NCBI GenBank assembly: GCA_964252035.1
Contig: OZ176201.1
Source of the DNA: Podarcis erhardii
Taxonomy: Eukaryota
Length of the DNA: 64,000 bases
Reading direction: 5' to 3' (one strand)
The notes beneath the pieces were generated by a model. That model worked only from the letters and a program-made list of their open reading frames with translations. It was not told the origin of the DNA and ran no database searches. The translations under genes and the position numbers were made by a program. The first letter of the stretch is position 1. Every line of letters begins with the position of its first letter. Shown here piece by piece: positions 12,076 to 25,743 of this stretch.

Positions 12076-13595
12076 CCAGCCATCTTTGGCATGCACTCTG
12101 TGAACTGGGCGGCCATGGCTATTGTCCGCAACACATCCTCTTCATAGCCAAATAGAAACCCTTTTGGTTAAGATATATTGCTTACATTTTCACTAATCTA
12201 TGCATTCATATGCACATTGCTTGGCCTTGCAAAATCTGGAAAACAGCAAATTTTGAAGGATGGCTGTGTTTTGGTTTGCATTTCTTTTTCTTCTGAAAGT
12301 GCAGATTTGGGAATTTTATTTCTCCCTCAATTCCTACAAGTAAGTTTACACTGCTTGCATAAAGCACACCTGAATCTGTCCTCATGCACTGTGCAAAATG
12401 AGGTAGTAGGCTACTAGACCGAAGAATGCTAAACTGTGCTACCAGATGCGAGTTGCCTTGTTTTTCCTTGCTCTCCCCCTTACAAAATACCTTTAAACTA
12501 TCCCTCTCCTTGATGAGCTACCTGCATGGGCATTTTATGCAGAGGAGCATTCAGACGTGTGACACTCCATCTGCGGTATGAAGTGGCACAGTCTGAAATT
12601 CGATTAAAGCAGCCATCCTGTGCAATCCTAATGGCTCTCAGCTATCGTTAATAATTACAAAGGTATGTACAACAATGCACCTTGGTGCAAGAGGGACCAA
12701 TAAAGGTGGCCTTTTGAAGGGAAAAAAGGCTCTTCTTTTCTTAAGCTCCTGAAAAGCTATTTATGTGCTTCCGAGAATCAGATTTACACAGTCACATATT
12801 GGCATGTGGGTGGCAAGCCGATAAAACAGAAAAGGAAAACAAATATGAATAGCTGCTCATATTGATGTGTGGTTTTGGGGTTTTTTTTGCAAAGACTATT
12901 CATTAAAAATGAATAACAGCTTGTCTTTGTATGAGAGATCTTGCAGCAGTTTCAAAAGCACGTGGCAGGGTTTTTTGTATGTGAATTTCAAGGCAAACAC
13001 CATGATAAACTCATATTTGGTTTGTAGCATTGGGCACCCAAGGTTATGGAAATGTGATTTTGTTTAAATGGGGCATCCCAACTCTGAAGAATTTAACCTT
13101 ACCTATTATTTTTGTGTCAGCACAGAGAGATTTAAAAGCTGCAAAACAATAAGTTGATGCTGCAAAAGAATCCTGTAGAAAAGAACTGAACAGAAGCCCT
13201 GAGATTATGTAGTGAATAGATAACATGCAATGGAAAGTGGAACTGACAATCTGTTCATATTGCCAGGATAGGACTATCGATTGCCGGGGGGGTGAGTTCA
13301 AGCACATAACGAAGCCTGCATTTATTTATTTTCTATTAAAAGAGGAAATGGGTCACACATTCAATTATCTATGACTGTTTATGAATCACAGCATTACAGG
13401 CAAGTATTTTACATGTTTCCCAATGTTGAGGTGTAAAGGCTGACTATGTAGAGACCAGCTTCTTCCCTTCTATCTTTTGACATAGAAACTCTTCCCTGTG
13501 GCCACATATTTAAGTTCATCTTCAAAGTCCTGTGGCGTGTCTATGATGCTTTACACTAGTTGATTGTTTACTATATTCCTGGTTATCACTTGACG

Positions 13596-13844
13596 CATGG
13601 GTAGGCAAACTAAGGCCCGGGGGCCGGATCCGGCCCAATCACCTTCTAAATCCGGCCCGCAGACAGTCCAGGAATCAGTGTGTTTTTACATGAGTAGAAT
13701 ATGTCCCTTTATTTAAAATGCATCTCTGGGTTATTTGTGGGGCATAGGAATTCGTTCATTTCCCCCCACAAAATATAGTCCGGCCCCCCACAAGGTCTGA
13801 GGGACAGTGGACCGACCTCCTGCTGAAAACGTTTGCTGCCCCTG
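13596..13844. mobile_element. hAT non-autonomous element (MITE)
   Basis: Ends CATGGGTAGGCAAAC and GTTTGCTGCCCCTG; degenerate 8-bp TSD ACTTGACG/ACTTGGAG. Confidence 0.85.
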
Positions 13845-16482
13845 ACTTGGAGGATGATCAAGGGTTCCTCAATAAGAATGTTAGCAATGATGAAGAGGTG
13901 TCCTTGAAAGACAGCTTCATTATTGCTAATGTTCTTCGAAGATGAACAAAGCATGCCCATCTTCATTTCAAATGTTCAAGACACTTCCAACCCTCTTTCC
14001 AAAATTATTGTGGAAAGTACAGGCTGTTCCTACAGGGTTGGGCAAAGCTAGGAAAGGCCCACGTGTATGGGGGGGGGAGCTCTTGCACTATCACCATACC
14101 TCTCAACTCCTACTGTCCCTCCTAAATTCTTCAAAACTTACAAGTTGTAGCAGGGGGTGGGAGAAGGCTCTTTTAAAAGCCCATTGTTCCTCATTGTTTA
14201 AAGCTCTCTGCAATGAAGACTTCTAAGCATGCTTAAATCCTCCGTTGGCCACAGAACTCTGGTGAACTCATCCCAATAAATGAATAAGGAGGAATAAATA
14301 ACTTTTCTAAAAGAAAATGGAGTCCTGATCAGAACTTCTCTTTCTAGCATCAATAATGCAATCTTCAAACATACTCAGAAGTCTTCAGAGTAAGGGAATA
14401 AATAGTTTAGAGGAGGACAAGCTCATGGCTTAAGTCTGGCAACTGTTCTTCATTTCTTAATTCCTCCAGGAGTCAATAAGAAGGATTTAAAATTTAAAAA
14501 ACCTCAATGGCTACAGGATTTACAAACTGAAAAGTTATTATTTCAACCCTCCTTCCACCCAAATTCTGAAGTAGTTCTCAGTTTCTCTTCTTCCTCCATA
14601 AAGTATGGCCACAGGCAGTGATGGGCTTGTTATACAGTCCAATTCCAGTCAGTGTAGGTGAAGCTCTACAGACCTGGCCACTGTCCTATGTTTATCTGAG
14701 CCCCCTGTGTGCTGGAACAAGATGCAGGGTCAATGTTGTGACATGACAGTCCATGGAGAGGTTTCTCCCAAGTGCTAAGCTTGAATATTACTCATTGCTC
14801 TATACTAGCTAACCATGCCAACGTCATTGTAATGTAGCTCTGGTGGTTGCAGTATCCACCTTTTATGTAAAATTCCCTTGCCAAATTTTAAACAGCCTTT
14901 CCCCTAATTTCTGTACCTTAGCAAGCCTGTTCATACATTATGGCTGTCCTGATTTGCATACCGTATTCACTTTCTTCACAGGACAGCAGCCCCTGCTCTG
15001 TACAAAATGCAGAAACCACTTTAAATACATTTGTATTTCATTTTAGTCCATATTCTTTATCCATGGAGCCTGATTCCATCCTGTGCATGCTTTCTCAGAA
15101 GCAAGTCTCACTAGGTTCAATTGTAAGTTATTAGGATTGCAGTCAGAGAACCCATTATTATACATAATTACCTGGAAATAATCCTGCCGAGTTTAAAATG
15201 GGTTTCCTCTCATGTAACTGTGTAAATGATTTTAGTCTTACAGAGGCAAAATCGTTCAACTTTAGATCCATGGTAGACAGCCAGAGAGAGAGAGAGAGAA
15301 TAAAATTGATACCGATATTAGGTCGCATGCCTGGTTAAGAGAAATCACCAGTCTTCCAGAATATGCTATTTATGAATCGCACATACTTCAGGTACTAAAT
15401 GCTAAGGCAGCAGCATAAATCTTTGCCACTGCTGACACTCAACTCACATGACCATGTAGTATTACATCAATTTACCTCAGCAAAGGTGATGGAGGAGACA
15501 AGTAGCTGCAAATCTGTAGTCAAATTTTTCTAGGCTCATCATTTCAAATGATCTCCTTTCTAACATTCCAGAATTGACAAAAATCTCTTGGGTGGTTCTC
15601 TCCCCCCCCCCCGGTTGCTTCTGAATGTCCTCCCTCTCCTTGTGAAATAATTACTTTCACAATAAACAACTAGGATGTTACAAACAGTGGTACATTATGA
15701 CGACCTCAGCACTGTGAAGGAGAGTGAATGGCAAGAGAAACAGAAATGCTGTTTACAAGAAGTGCCAGTGACATGCAGAAGAGACAGACACAGACTCTAA
15801 TTTAACAGTCAGAAAGTCCATTGCATTACAAAGGAACAAAAAAACATTCTCCATTCATTTCTAGGAAAGAAATTGGCATGTGGCACATACGGCATTGGGG
15901 TTCAATTAGCAAGGGGCTACTTGACAGGTAGAACCATCTGGCATGCAAGTGTTTGATTTTGCATTTGCTAGTTTGCAACCAGTAGGCAGATACTCTCAGT
16001 AGTAATTGTAATAGCCAAGCAGAGAAATCATTTTATCCTTTTCTTTTTTTTTTTTTGGTTGCTTCTGCCAGGAACCATGGATTTCACATCATGATTTTAG
16101 TTGCTTCTGTGCAGTGGTGCCCATGGGACTCAGCTTGATTTTATCCGCACCAGGGACATGGCGGTTTTCTGATGTACCCACTGAACATTGAAGGGGAGAA
16201 GTATGCATTTCTCAGGCTAGGTAGGAGGGAAGATGCAAGAAAAAGAGGTATAGCCAGATAGGAAGCTATAGGACAGTGGTGGGAACCACATCAGCAATGT
16301 CCTGTTTTCCCTGTAAAATTAAGTTTGGATTTTCTTCGGGTGACTTTGAATGTTGCTCTCCTCCCAAATATTCCCAAATCTACTCCATATTTTTAAGGTC
16401 TGAAATGTGTAAAGTAGGCTTGATGAAGAATAAATATATTGTTTTAACTGAATCAATCTGTCTAAATTCAACACTGTTATTA

Positions 16483-16712
16483 CAGTGGTACCTTGGTTTT
16501 TGAACTTAATCCATTCTAGAAGTCCGTCCGAATTCCAAAATGTTTGAAAACTAAAAGCGGAAGCCTCAATATGAAAAACTCAAAATGGAAGCAGCATTTC
16601 CTGTTTGACTACTGAGGTGCATTTGAAAACCAAGGCATTTACTTTCGGGTTTTCGGCGTTCAAGTTCTGAAATGTTCAACGATGGAGACATTTGAAAACT
16701 TAGGTACCTCTG
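16483..16712. mobile_element. Tigger/mariner-like MITE
   Basis: TIRs CAGTGGTACCT / AGGTACCTCTG, flanked by TA on both sides. Confidence 0.85.
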
Positions 16713-16989
16713 TATTAGATATAGAAACTATTGCAATACACACTAAGAAAGTACAACACTTATAAAAAACATAAGTTGCTATCACACAGTTGGAGAAAAC
16801 CAACAATTATTTGATGGTATTCATTATGCCACCTTGGCTGTCACTGTACAATTTGGGATCCCTTACCACTGAAGCAAAACCTACATACCTCAAAGGCATT
16901 TTGGCAAATCCAGCTTTTGCAGATACAAACTCCATCTTTTAGGGGAAAAAATCTGTGTAAGGTTCTATCAAGGCATATATTTCAGATCA

Positions 16990-17165
16990 TAAGAAGAGTG
17001 CCTCCACCCCCATTGTTCAGCCCGGACACTGAGGTCCTCCTCCGAGGGTCTTCTGCTGCTTCCCTCACAGCAAGAAGCAAAATTACAAGAAATCAGGCAG
17101 AGGGCCTTCTCAGTAGTGGTGCCCTCCCTGTAGAACACCTTCCCTTCAGATATCAAGGAGATAAT
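16990..17165 (+). mobile_element. L2 LINE fragment
   Basis: Homologous to 8345-8510 and 55180-55345 (GCCCGGACACTGAGGTCC...AGGGCCTTCTCAGTAGTGG). Confidence 0.85.
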
Positions 17166-17344
17166 GGCCAGGTATAAAAGCACAATGTTTCTGAATAGGG
17201 TTCTGGTTGGAATATGGAAAGCACATAAACATTTTCTCTGTTATTGAATAGGATCAATGGGTTCAGGGTAGTATCTTCTTTCATTCTCAAGGGGTGCAAA
17301 TACCAACTGCATTATGTGAATTAAAAGTTGTATAAAATAAGAAT

Positions 17345-17455
17345 ATTAGAAAGCCAACCAGATGCCTATGGGAAGCCCACAAAGAGGACCTGAGCACAAC
17401 AGCACTCTGGTATTCAGAAGCCTATAGCTTCTGACAGTGGAGGTAATGGAGTGAC
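17345..17455 (-). mobile_element. CR1 3' UTR fragment
   Basis: GCCAACCAGATGCCTATGGGAAGCCCAC is the reverse complement of the CR1 UTR motif seen at 52085-52110. Confidence 0.65.
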
Positions 17456-18191
17456 TGGCTTTGCTTAAATATCATTCTGAAGTAGCCTTCATTTATGTAC
17501 AAGAGACATAGACACATGTTTTTTCAATTCTTGACACAGCTATTTGTGTTATGCCTAACCACTTCCTCCCACTTAGTACACAGGGTTGTAACAAAAATAT
17601 TTTTATTATCCAAAAAGAACATATTAACATAAAATTCTGCATGCATATTAGCACTGACATTCCCTCCCTCCCCGAGGCTGTTGGCAACCCAACTTGTGAC
17701 ATTTCGTTTTCCTTGGTGAAGGCTCACAAACTTGACTTATCAAAATAAGAACTGATTTAGAATGCCCAAGCTTCTTTCTGTCTTAACACATTTACCTTCA
17801 AAGTTTAACTTGGTGAGATAGATTCAGGTCTGTTGGTACATAACACCCATATTGAGTCTGCCATCTCTAGGTTAACAATAGCTGAAGGGCAACGAAACTA
17901 TTCCTGGTCTCAACATATAGTTATATTCTGGGCAAAGCACAGCAGTTGAGGGTATACAGGAATTTAACGGGACATTTTGGAGCTCACTCGGGGGGGGGGC
18001 ACTTGTTTGAAAGGTCTACCAGCCATGCTTAACTTTGCTGCATATTTTCTGATTCTAAATCTCTGCTGGGTTTCTCTCACTAAACAGTCCTTGCCCCAAA
18101 CTTGGATCTTGGCATTAAGAGAATTCTGCTTCTATATATATAACAAAAGGGGGGGACAAATAAACACATTGTTGTGTGCTGAGGAGGGGAG

Positions 18192-18267
18192 AGAAGAAGA
18201 AGAAGAAGAAGAAGAAGAAGAAGAAGAAGAAGAAGAAGAAGAGTAGTAGTAGTAGTAGTAGTAGTAG
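18192..18267. repeat. Compound (AGA)n(GTA)n microsatellite, the tail of the adjacent SINE
   Basis: Directly visible. It produces the poly-E/K/L/F ORFs in the track. Confidence 0.95.
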
Positions 18268-18504
18268 TTTGGATTTGATATCCCGCTTTATCACTACCCG
18301 AAGGAGTCTCAAAGCGGCTAACATTCTCCTTTCCCTTTCTCCCCCACAACAAACACTCTGTGAGGTGAGTGGGGCTGAGAGACTTCAAAGAAGTGTGATT
18401 AGCCCAAGGTCATCCAGCAGCTGCATGTGGAGGAACGGAGACGCGAACCTGGTTCCCCAGATTACGAATCTACCGCTCTTAACCACTACACCACACTGGC
18501 TCTC
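18268..18504 (-). mobile_element. tRNA-derived SINE (Squam3-like), young
   Basis: Minus strand starts GAGAGCCAGTGTGGTGTAGTGGTTAAGAGCGG (A box), has a B-box-like segment, and ends GATAAAGCGGGATATCAAATCCAAAC. The family name is from recall. Confidence 0.8.
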
Positions 18505-18719
18505 AGAGAAGGCAATGTTGCAGAGAAAACTGTCCATTACCTCCTCTGTCCCACCCCCTCACTACCCAAACCCTAATTGAACACTAGAGTTTGGGACCCA
18601 GATTGGGTCAGGCCATGCACAGAGTGAACTGAAAATGAAACAAGGGCTGATCAAGATGGCCAACTCAGGCCCCAAACCAATCAGAGGCGCCTTGCACTTT
18701 ATTATCCCAATCTACACAA

Positions 18720-18955
18720 CTTTGTATTTAATTTTGCATAGCAATTTTCTCCTTTTCATATGCTATTTCCCCTGTATTTTCATGCATAGTTTACCCTACT
18801 AGATACATACCATATATGCCATATTGCATGGCTAGAAAAATGCATCACAAAATTTGTAGAAGTGTGAATTCAAAAGGACAGCTGTCTTTATGTATTATTT
18901 TGGAAAATGTGAATTGTGTAAATGTGAACTGGGCCAAATTTCCCCTCCACCTCTA
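18720..18955 (-). mobile_element. Old non-autonomous DNA transposon-like repeat (family of 2975-3380)
   Basis: Terminal CCAAATTTCCCCTCCACCTCTA matches the reverse complement of the 2975 terminus. Confidence 0.5.
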
Positions 18956-20630
18956 ATTAAAATCAACTTATATCTCCATAAAATTAGAAACAGGAGCTGA
19001 GGGGCTCAATGTGCTTGGACAAAATGATGGCAGGTGAACAGCTACAAATCTGAACTGGACCAAAATATCAACATCTCAAAACGAGAGTGCTTTGGGAAAT
19101 CATGTGAAACATGCAACATTCCAGTTTCTCATTAATAAAAAGTGAATTTCTGCAGGGGTAATTCTGGAATTACTGTTGAGAGCTGCAAGTTGGATGCTTA
19201 GGACTGACCATATGATTCAGTTCAATGCCACTCCATCAGCTCAGAAATTCATAATTTGTGAATAAATAGGCAAAGAGACCAAAGCCATAATATATATGTG
19301 GCTCTCTTTTCATATAAATTATGCATCATTTGACTTCTTATTTAATAATTAATATTGATGTTTCCTGAGCCCTTAACAGCCTGTACAACATGTTGATTTA
19401 GAGCTATTTGATTTTTAATTTAAAAGAAGAAAAGACAATACTCTGGAACTAATTCAGAAAGCCTGTACGGGGGGGGGGGGGAGTCTTATTAGATTATCCC
19501 TGGCCCAGCAGTCAGGGACACAGAGACGTAAAAGGGCTTACATGACACATTTTTATAATGACTTATTGCTCGGTTATCTGAAAAAATAGTTCCGAGTTAT
19601 AATTAGCCAGGCATTTCGCTGCTTTAAGAGGCAAAGATTCCTATCAGTAATACACCTGAACATTTGCATTTTAATGGGCCAAAGATGTATATCAGCAAAA
19701 GCACTGACTAATGCTCTCTTATCACTAGCAATAATGCAAAAATATAGCTTCGGAAGGTAACCTATCTGCCGTGCACCCGGACTAATCAATAAAGGACAGA
19801 CATCTGGCACAACAAGCCAGACCTAAATGTCATCATATTGACATGTTTACGAATAACTCTACAATGCTTTCGGTGCAGGTTAAGGCCAAAACATATTGAT
19901 GCAGTGAACGTGTAAAATAAAATAAAAAAGAGCAGTTAATTGCAGTAGATTATGGGCTCCAGATCCATTCTTCCTATGCTGTTGAGCAGGAGAAAGAAAG
20001 AAAATGTGTTCTGTAGAACTGTGCAGACTATATACAAATTGATATACAAGGCAAAACATTTAAATCCTTTGATAGATTTGCTCAGACCAAATCTTGCACT
20101 GCTTCGTACTGCATATACAGCCAATAAATCAGCTGGCATTACCTTTTTGTTTCTTGTTGGTACCATCATAATCTGTGTAAAACAAAGCCTCTGAGTACCA
20201 GAAATCATTTTTAAAGTACGTATGCTACTGCAAAAGCAAGAGATTGTTCCACATTTCCTAAGGAAAGTTCCTTCCATCATAACAGCGCAGAAGTGTTAGT
20301 GCGCTTTCAGGTACCATCCGTGTGATAGATAAAATATTATGCGGAATAAAAGGAGTAAAGAAAATCTGTGTATCTTATCTACTTGTTTAGTTCGCAGCTC
20401 CATTGTGTTAGAAGACATATAGCCAGGAGCTGCTGAATCAAAACAGGAGACCTGCAAAGTACACAGGCAGTAGAGGCCTCAATTATTCATTCAGGAATGC
20501 AGATTATCTGGTCGTGGGATATGTCTCACCCTAATTTGACCCAGGCTACTTGACTCAATCAGTCTATCCTAGCTGCAAGTGGAAGTACAGATACTGAAGA
20601 AATGAGCCTATGTTGCCAATTCTCATAGTA

Positions 20631-20986
20631 AAGGTAAAGGTAAAGGGACCCCTGACCATTAGGTCCACTCATGACCGACTCTGGGGTTGTGGCGCTTATC
20701 TCACTTTATTGGCCGAGGGAGCCGGCTACAGCTTCCGGGTCATGTGGCCAGCATGACTAAGCCACTTCTGGTGAAACCAGAGCAGTGCACGGAAACGCCG
20801 TTTACCTTCCCGCAGGAGCGATACCTATTTATCTACTTGCACTTTGACGTGCTTTTGAACTGCTAAGTTGGCAGAAGCAGGGACTGAGCAATGGGAGCTC
20901 ACCCCATCGTGGGGATTCGAACCACCGACCTTCCAATCGGCAAGCCCTAGGCTCAGTGGTTTAGACCACAGCGCCACCCACGTCCC
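20631..20986 (-). mobile_element. Sauria SINE, full length
   Basis: Closely similar to 6867-7219. 13-bp TSD AATTCTCATAGTA at 20618-20630 and 20987-20999. Confidence 0.92.
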
Positions 20987-21149
20987 AATTCTCATAGTAG
21001 ACCAGTATAAAGTAAGCAGCACATAAGCGGCACACAAAACGCTACCAAACCATTCTACATTCTAAAATTTATATTAATAATCCAAAAATTGAGAGAGCAA
21101 TGTACAAGATCTACTACAGAAGCCACAAACAGAAAACTCATTCAAATTG

Positions 21150-21377
21150 TGTCCTTTTTGTGATGTGAGATCATGGTGGCCATTTTGGGTACCGCGCTCT
21201 TGCGCCGTGATCTCACCCCCCCAAAAATGCACTTTGGGGGTACTGCAATCTCATGCGGCACCCAAAAATGTGAGATTGCACCCCCCAAACTTTTTTCAGG
21301 GTGCGATCTTTTTGCAGGTCACATAACTTGCCTGGGAGCGCATCCTGGTTTTTTTATCTGAAAAAGTTGGATGGTAT
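21150..21377. mobile_element. Non-autonomous DNA element with CATACC-type terminus, partial
   Basis: Ends GTTGGATGGTATG; the body is the reverse complement of part of 28771-28990. Confidence 0.7.
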
Positions 21378-21389
21378 GCCTGAAGACCT

Positions 21390-21801
21390 ACCGTATTTTT
21401 CGCACCATAGGGCGCACCGGACCATAGGGCGCCCCCAGTTTTTAGGGGGGGAAATCAAGAAAAAAAATATTTTCCCCCCCCCCGAGCCCCAAAGAGCAAC
21501 GTACAGGCTGCACACAACCTCTCCCTGCCGGAGGGGTTGCGCGCAGCTATGGAAGAAGGCAAGGCAGCGAGCGGGATGGATTCTGCTCGCTGTTTTGGCT
21601 TCCCCTTTAGCCCCGTGCAGCCTCTCCTTGCCGGGAGACGCTGCGCAGGGCTAAAGAAGCCATAGCCCCGTGCAGCCTCTCCCTGCCGGAGGGGTTGCGC
21701 GCGGCTATGGCACAAGCCTGCATTCGCTCCATAGGACGCACACACATTTCCCCTCAATTTTTGGAGGGGAAAAACTGCGTCCAATAGAGCGAAAAATATG
21801 G
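21390..21801. mobile_element. Tigger/pogo-like MITE
   Basis: TIRs CCGTATTTTTTCGC / GCGAAAAATATGG with TA flanks; GC-rich interior with an internal direct repeat. Confidence 0.85.
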
Positions 21802-22659
21802 TAATCATGGTATCACTGATGGGCAAGACCCTTAGGTCAGTAGCATAAGAAAGGGCCTTTTTTGCTTGGTTCCCCATTTATGGAACTTCCACTTGGGATT
21901 AGATTGGCACCCCCAATTGATGGTATTTTAGGTGCCACCTGAAATTATTCTTATTTCATCTGCTGAAATTGTTTGTTGCTGTTGTGTTAAAGTTGGGATG
22001 AATGTGTCATAATGTGAATTGATATATCTGTATGATTTTATGTTTCAGTTACTTTGGGCTCTAGTTAGGAAGTCAGGTATAAGAACAATTATTCAACAAT
22101 GAGAATGATAAATAAAATCCCAACCCTTGTTTTTTCACCATTTAATCAGGATCAGTTTGGACAAGGGGTGGGAGGAGGACCTTTATCAAAAACCTGTTTG
22201 CAATATCTCAAAGACTCATATTCAATATTAACTGCCCATTAAACCCTGTCAATCAACATTAGTTTGCCTTAGCACAACTTAAGCATGTCTAAATCTAAAC
22301 ATTTCTCTTTAACTGGCTTTAGGATCAGGTTATTAGGATATAACTTTTTTATTTAAAAAATGATGCAGACATAAACTTAGCATACATGTCCTTCAGATCC
22401 CTTTCTGCCATGTGATTTATAGACAAATAAAAATTGTCCGCTCTTTCACAAAACTCAAGTCTTCATCTTTCATAGGCTATACAAGTGCTCAGGGACAGTA
22501 ATCGCAAGTAGAGTGATTGAGTTACCTGCAGCTATTTCATAGCCACATTATTTGATGATGATAAACTGGTCTTCCTGGAAGACACTGGGTGGTAACTATT
22601 GTACGACTGGCATTTACATATTTCGAAAACCATAGGTTCACATAAAAAAGTGATGTCTT

Positions 22660-22900
22660 CATTAGATTATTGCAGAGTGTGTATGGGGCTGCTTTTGAAG
22701 ACTTGCTTTGAATGAAAATCTCAGTTAATGCAAAACATGGAAGCTAGTTTACTGACTTGTATCAGATGGAGGGAAAACATCTCACTGGTGTAGGAGGGCA
22801 TATCACTGCCCTCTTTATGTTTCCAGGCAGGTAGGGTCAACATTCTGAGTATGGTTTTTTTTTAAAGCTTGAGACCACTTGAGTTTCTGAAGGACCATCT
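22660..22900 (+). mobile_element. Old L2 fragment
   Basis: Decayed equivalent of the DYC..Y.GLP.K...LQL.QN..A motif seen at 8125-8220. Confidence 0.5.
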
Positions 22901-23523
22901 GCTCCTACGCAAATCTGCTCAAGCACTCACATCTTTCTGAGGGGTTTCTACCTTTATGATTTTATCTGCTGAGAATGTTTATAGTTGGATCCAGGCTAGC
23001 CTGTAGCCTGGATCCAACTCCCAGGAAAGCTTTCTGTACAGCCAAGACACCTGACTCAACAGGCTTGTGTAGCTGGATCTGTCTCATGAAGGACAGAGCG
23101 CTCAGACCTGCTCCTAGACAGGGAAGAAAATGGAAAGACAGGGAGCTGGGAGGAGGGAGGAAGAGCACTAGAACAGAGGGGAGAACAAATCTAATTCTCA
23201 AGGGGAGGAGGGAAAAGAAAATTGTTAGCTGGGAAGCAGCAGTCTAAAGCATCCTTCCAACACTATCTGTGGATCTTGGGTGAGAGAAGTGGACAGGAAA
23301 GGGCATGGGGAGAAGCAAGGAGGGGAGCGCTGATTGTGCATTGGGCAGGCAAAAAGACTGCTTAGCAAGCCTGTTTTAACTGTCTGCCTTCCTAAATTGA
23401 AGTCTCAGCTCTCTCTCTTTCTCCTCCTCCCAGTGTTTCCACACAATTTAATTGACTCAGATTTAGATATTAGGGGGGAGGGGGGGAGAGAAATTGGAGA
23501 CTGAAACACTCTTTAACCCTGTG

Positions 23524-23525
23524 GA

Positions 23526-23583
<58 letters not shown>
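23524..23583. repeat. (GAAA)n microsatellite
   Basis: Directly visible. Confidence 0.95.
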
Positions 23584-23585
<2 letters not shown>

Positions 23586-24237
23586 CCCAGAACTGCTCTT
23601 CAGATCTTTGTCTGAAGTGGGTTTTTAACTGAATGCATTTCAAACACAGAGAGACACCACTTCCTTATAATGGGAACTCTCACTTATCAGGGTTTCAAGT
23701 GGGGGACAGAATTTCTAAGTGATGCCAACCAAACATGCTTAAAACCCCTCTTTAGATCTTGTAAATAATAATAATAATCCAAGGCAATAAATTCCTTTTT
23801 ATTCATGTTTGAAAAATAATTTGGGTTAATCATCTGATTAATAAAATATTCTGATTTTGGCTTTAGATACAGTCAGACTTTGGACAAACCCACTTCCACT
23901 CTTTAGCTAAGTCCATCTTAACATGCAGCCCCCAGAGGGTTTGCAATGGGGTGGCCTTTGAACAGAAAAAGGCTGTCTACCCCTGTTTTATAGGCTGTGC
24001 TGCTTGCTGTACTGCAGTGTTTATTATGCTTTGACTGTGGTTGCTTTTAAATTTTGCTCCAGTTGTCAGACTTTCATTAGATAAAATAATAATTATTAAA
24101 TGGGTGATTATTGAATGCATGAAATGCATAATTTTTTTCACAAATACATTCGAAATAAATATAGATATTTGAACCTGTTTTTCCATTTATTTTATATACA
24201 TGCTTCTTTGAGAATTTTTCTTAAACTGGAAAAAATG

Positions 24238-24458
24238 CATACCCATCAACTGGCCTGGAAAACCAGGGACATCCCATTTCCCCCCACAAGAACACAGTTT
24301 TGGGTGTCTTGTTCTCTCGCGATTTTGGACTGAGATCTCGCCCCGAAAAAAGCGCTTTTTCTGGGTCCGCGATCTTGTGTGGGCAACATGACTCATGTGG
24401 GATTTCAGACCCAGAAGATGATGTCTCGGATTTGGGCCATGTCATGTTGGATGGTATG
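24238..24458. mobile_element. Non-autonomous DNA element with CATACC-type TIRs
   Basis: TIRs CATACCCATCAAC / GTTGGATGGTATG. Confidence 0.7.
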
Positions 24459-25517
24459 AGAGTGGGGTATAAATCCTTAAAAACAAAAAATTTAAAAATA
24501 CTTTCATTTTGATGAAAATCTATCATGATACCTATGTCATAACAGAGGACAGCCGTGTCATCTAATGTGAGCTTACCTAATATGTCTTAAAGGGAGTTGT
24601 TCATTCCTGGCCTGCCATAAGATTAAATAGTTTTACAGTGATGGAAGGAAGGGACAAAAATAAAGTGGTGTAATAATAGGCACTACAGGATTTCTACCTC
24701 ATCAGGAGACTTAATTCTGGCATGATATATTCTCCTGAAAAAGAATTAGTGAAAATGACACTTTTACTCCTCTAAGCATCAAAAGGAATATTTCATTTAG
24801 GATCATTAGACTGCGTTCAGTAGTAAAACTGTCACTGTATGAATAAGAGGAAACTTGAGAAAAGAAGTGTTTCCATTCTTCCTTGATTTTCAAAAATGCT
24901 CCTCTAGTTTTACAGGAGCTAGTTTCAGTATAGGAAAAGCATAGCAATTGCCCCCTTCCCTGTGCCTTGAGCAGATTTCTTCCCTCCTGCTCAACCACGC
25001 CCCTTCCTTTTTCTCCTGTAGGCAGGGAAATCACCAAAGGGGGTCATGTGCACAGCCTCCTTTTTCATGTGCAGGACCTGATCCAGAAAGGGATTTCTGC
25101 AACAGCAGGCAGAATTTAGAATCGCTCCCTTGATATGCTGAGTAGAGAGGTATAGGATTGGCAAGATAAGTCCTCACTGAAAAATGAAAATAACTGGGCC
25201 AACTGCAGTGCTGAACCCTATTCTCTCATTTTATTACAAGTGGGGGAGGGGGGAATCCTCTGTTTGCACGTACTGAACCTGGCAATCAGGAGAACAAAAA
25301 AGGGAGAGGAAAGCACTCTGTTCCCGTAACTGAGCTACACTCAATGTGTATTCACACTGAAACTGTCTTAGGTTGTAATGCTATACTAACATAGATAGGG
25401 GTAAGCCCAAGTTTCAATTTCAGTGAGGCTTACCAAATAAATATGTATAGGAAGTGCACTGCCAGTGAAACTAGGCAGTGCACACAACATCCATTTAATA
25501 TCCCAAGAACAGAACTA

Positions 25518-25743
25518 CAGTGGTACCTCGGGTTAAGTACTTAATTCATGCTGGAGGTCCGTTCTTAACCTGTAACCGTTCCTAACCTGAAGCACCACTT
25601 TAGCTAATGGGGCCTCCCACTGCCGCTGTGCCACTGGAGCACAATTTCTGTTCTCATCCTGAAGCGAAGTTCTTAACCTGAGGTACTATTTCTGGGTTAG
25701 CGGAGTCTGTAACCTGAAGCGTATGTAACCTGAGGTACCACAG
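25518..25743. mobile_element. Tigger/mariner-like MITE
   Basis: TIRs CAGTGGTACCTC / GAGGTACCACAG; TA TSD at 25516-25517 and 25744-25745. Confidence 0.9.

Noticed and set aside
18440-18504. tRNA gene
   Set aside because: The A/B boxes belong to a SINE head and the sequence continues into SINE body. The same applies to the other SINE heads.
17977-18580. ORFs with poly-E/K/L/F/T runs
   Set aside because: They are translations of the (AGA)n(GTA)n SINE tail.
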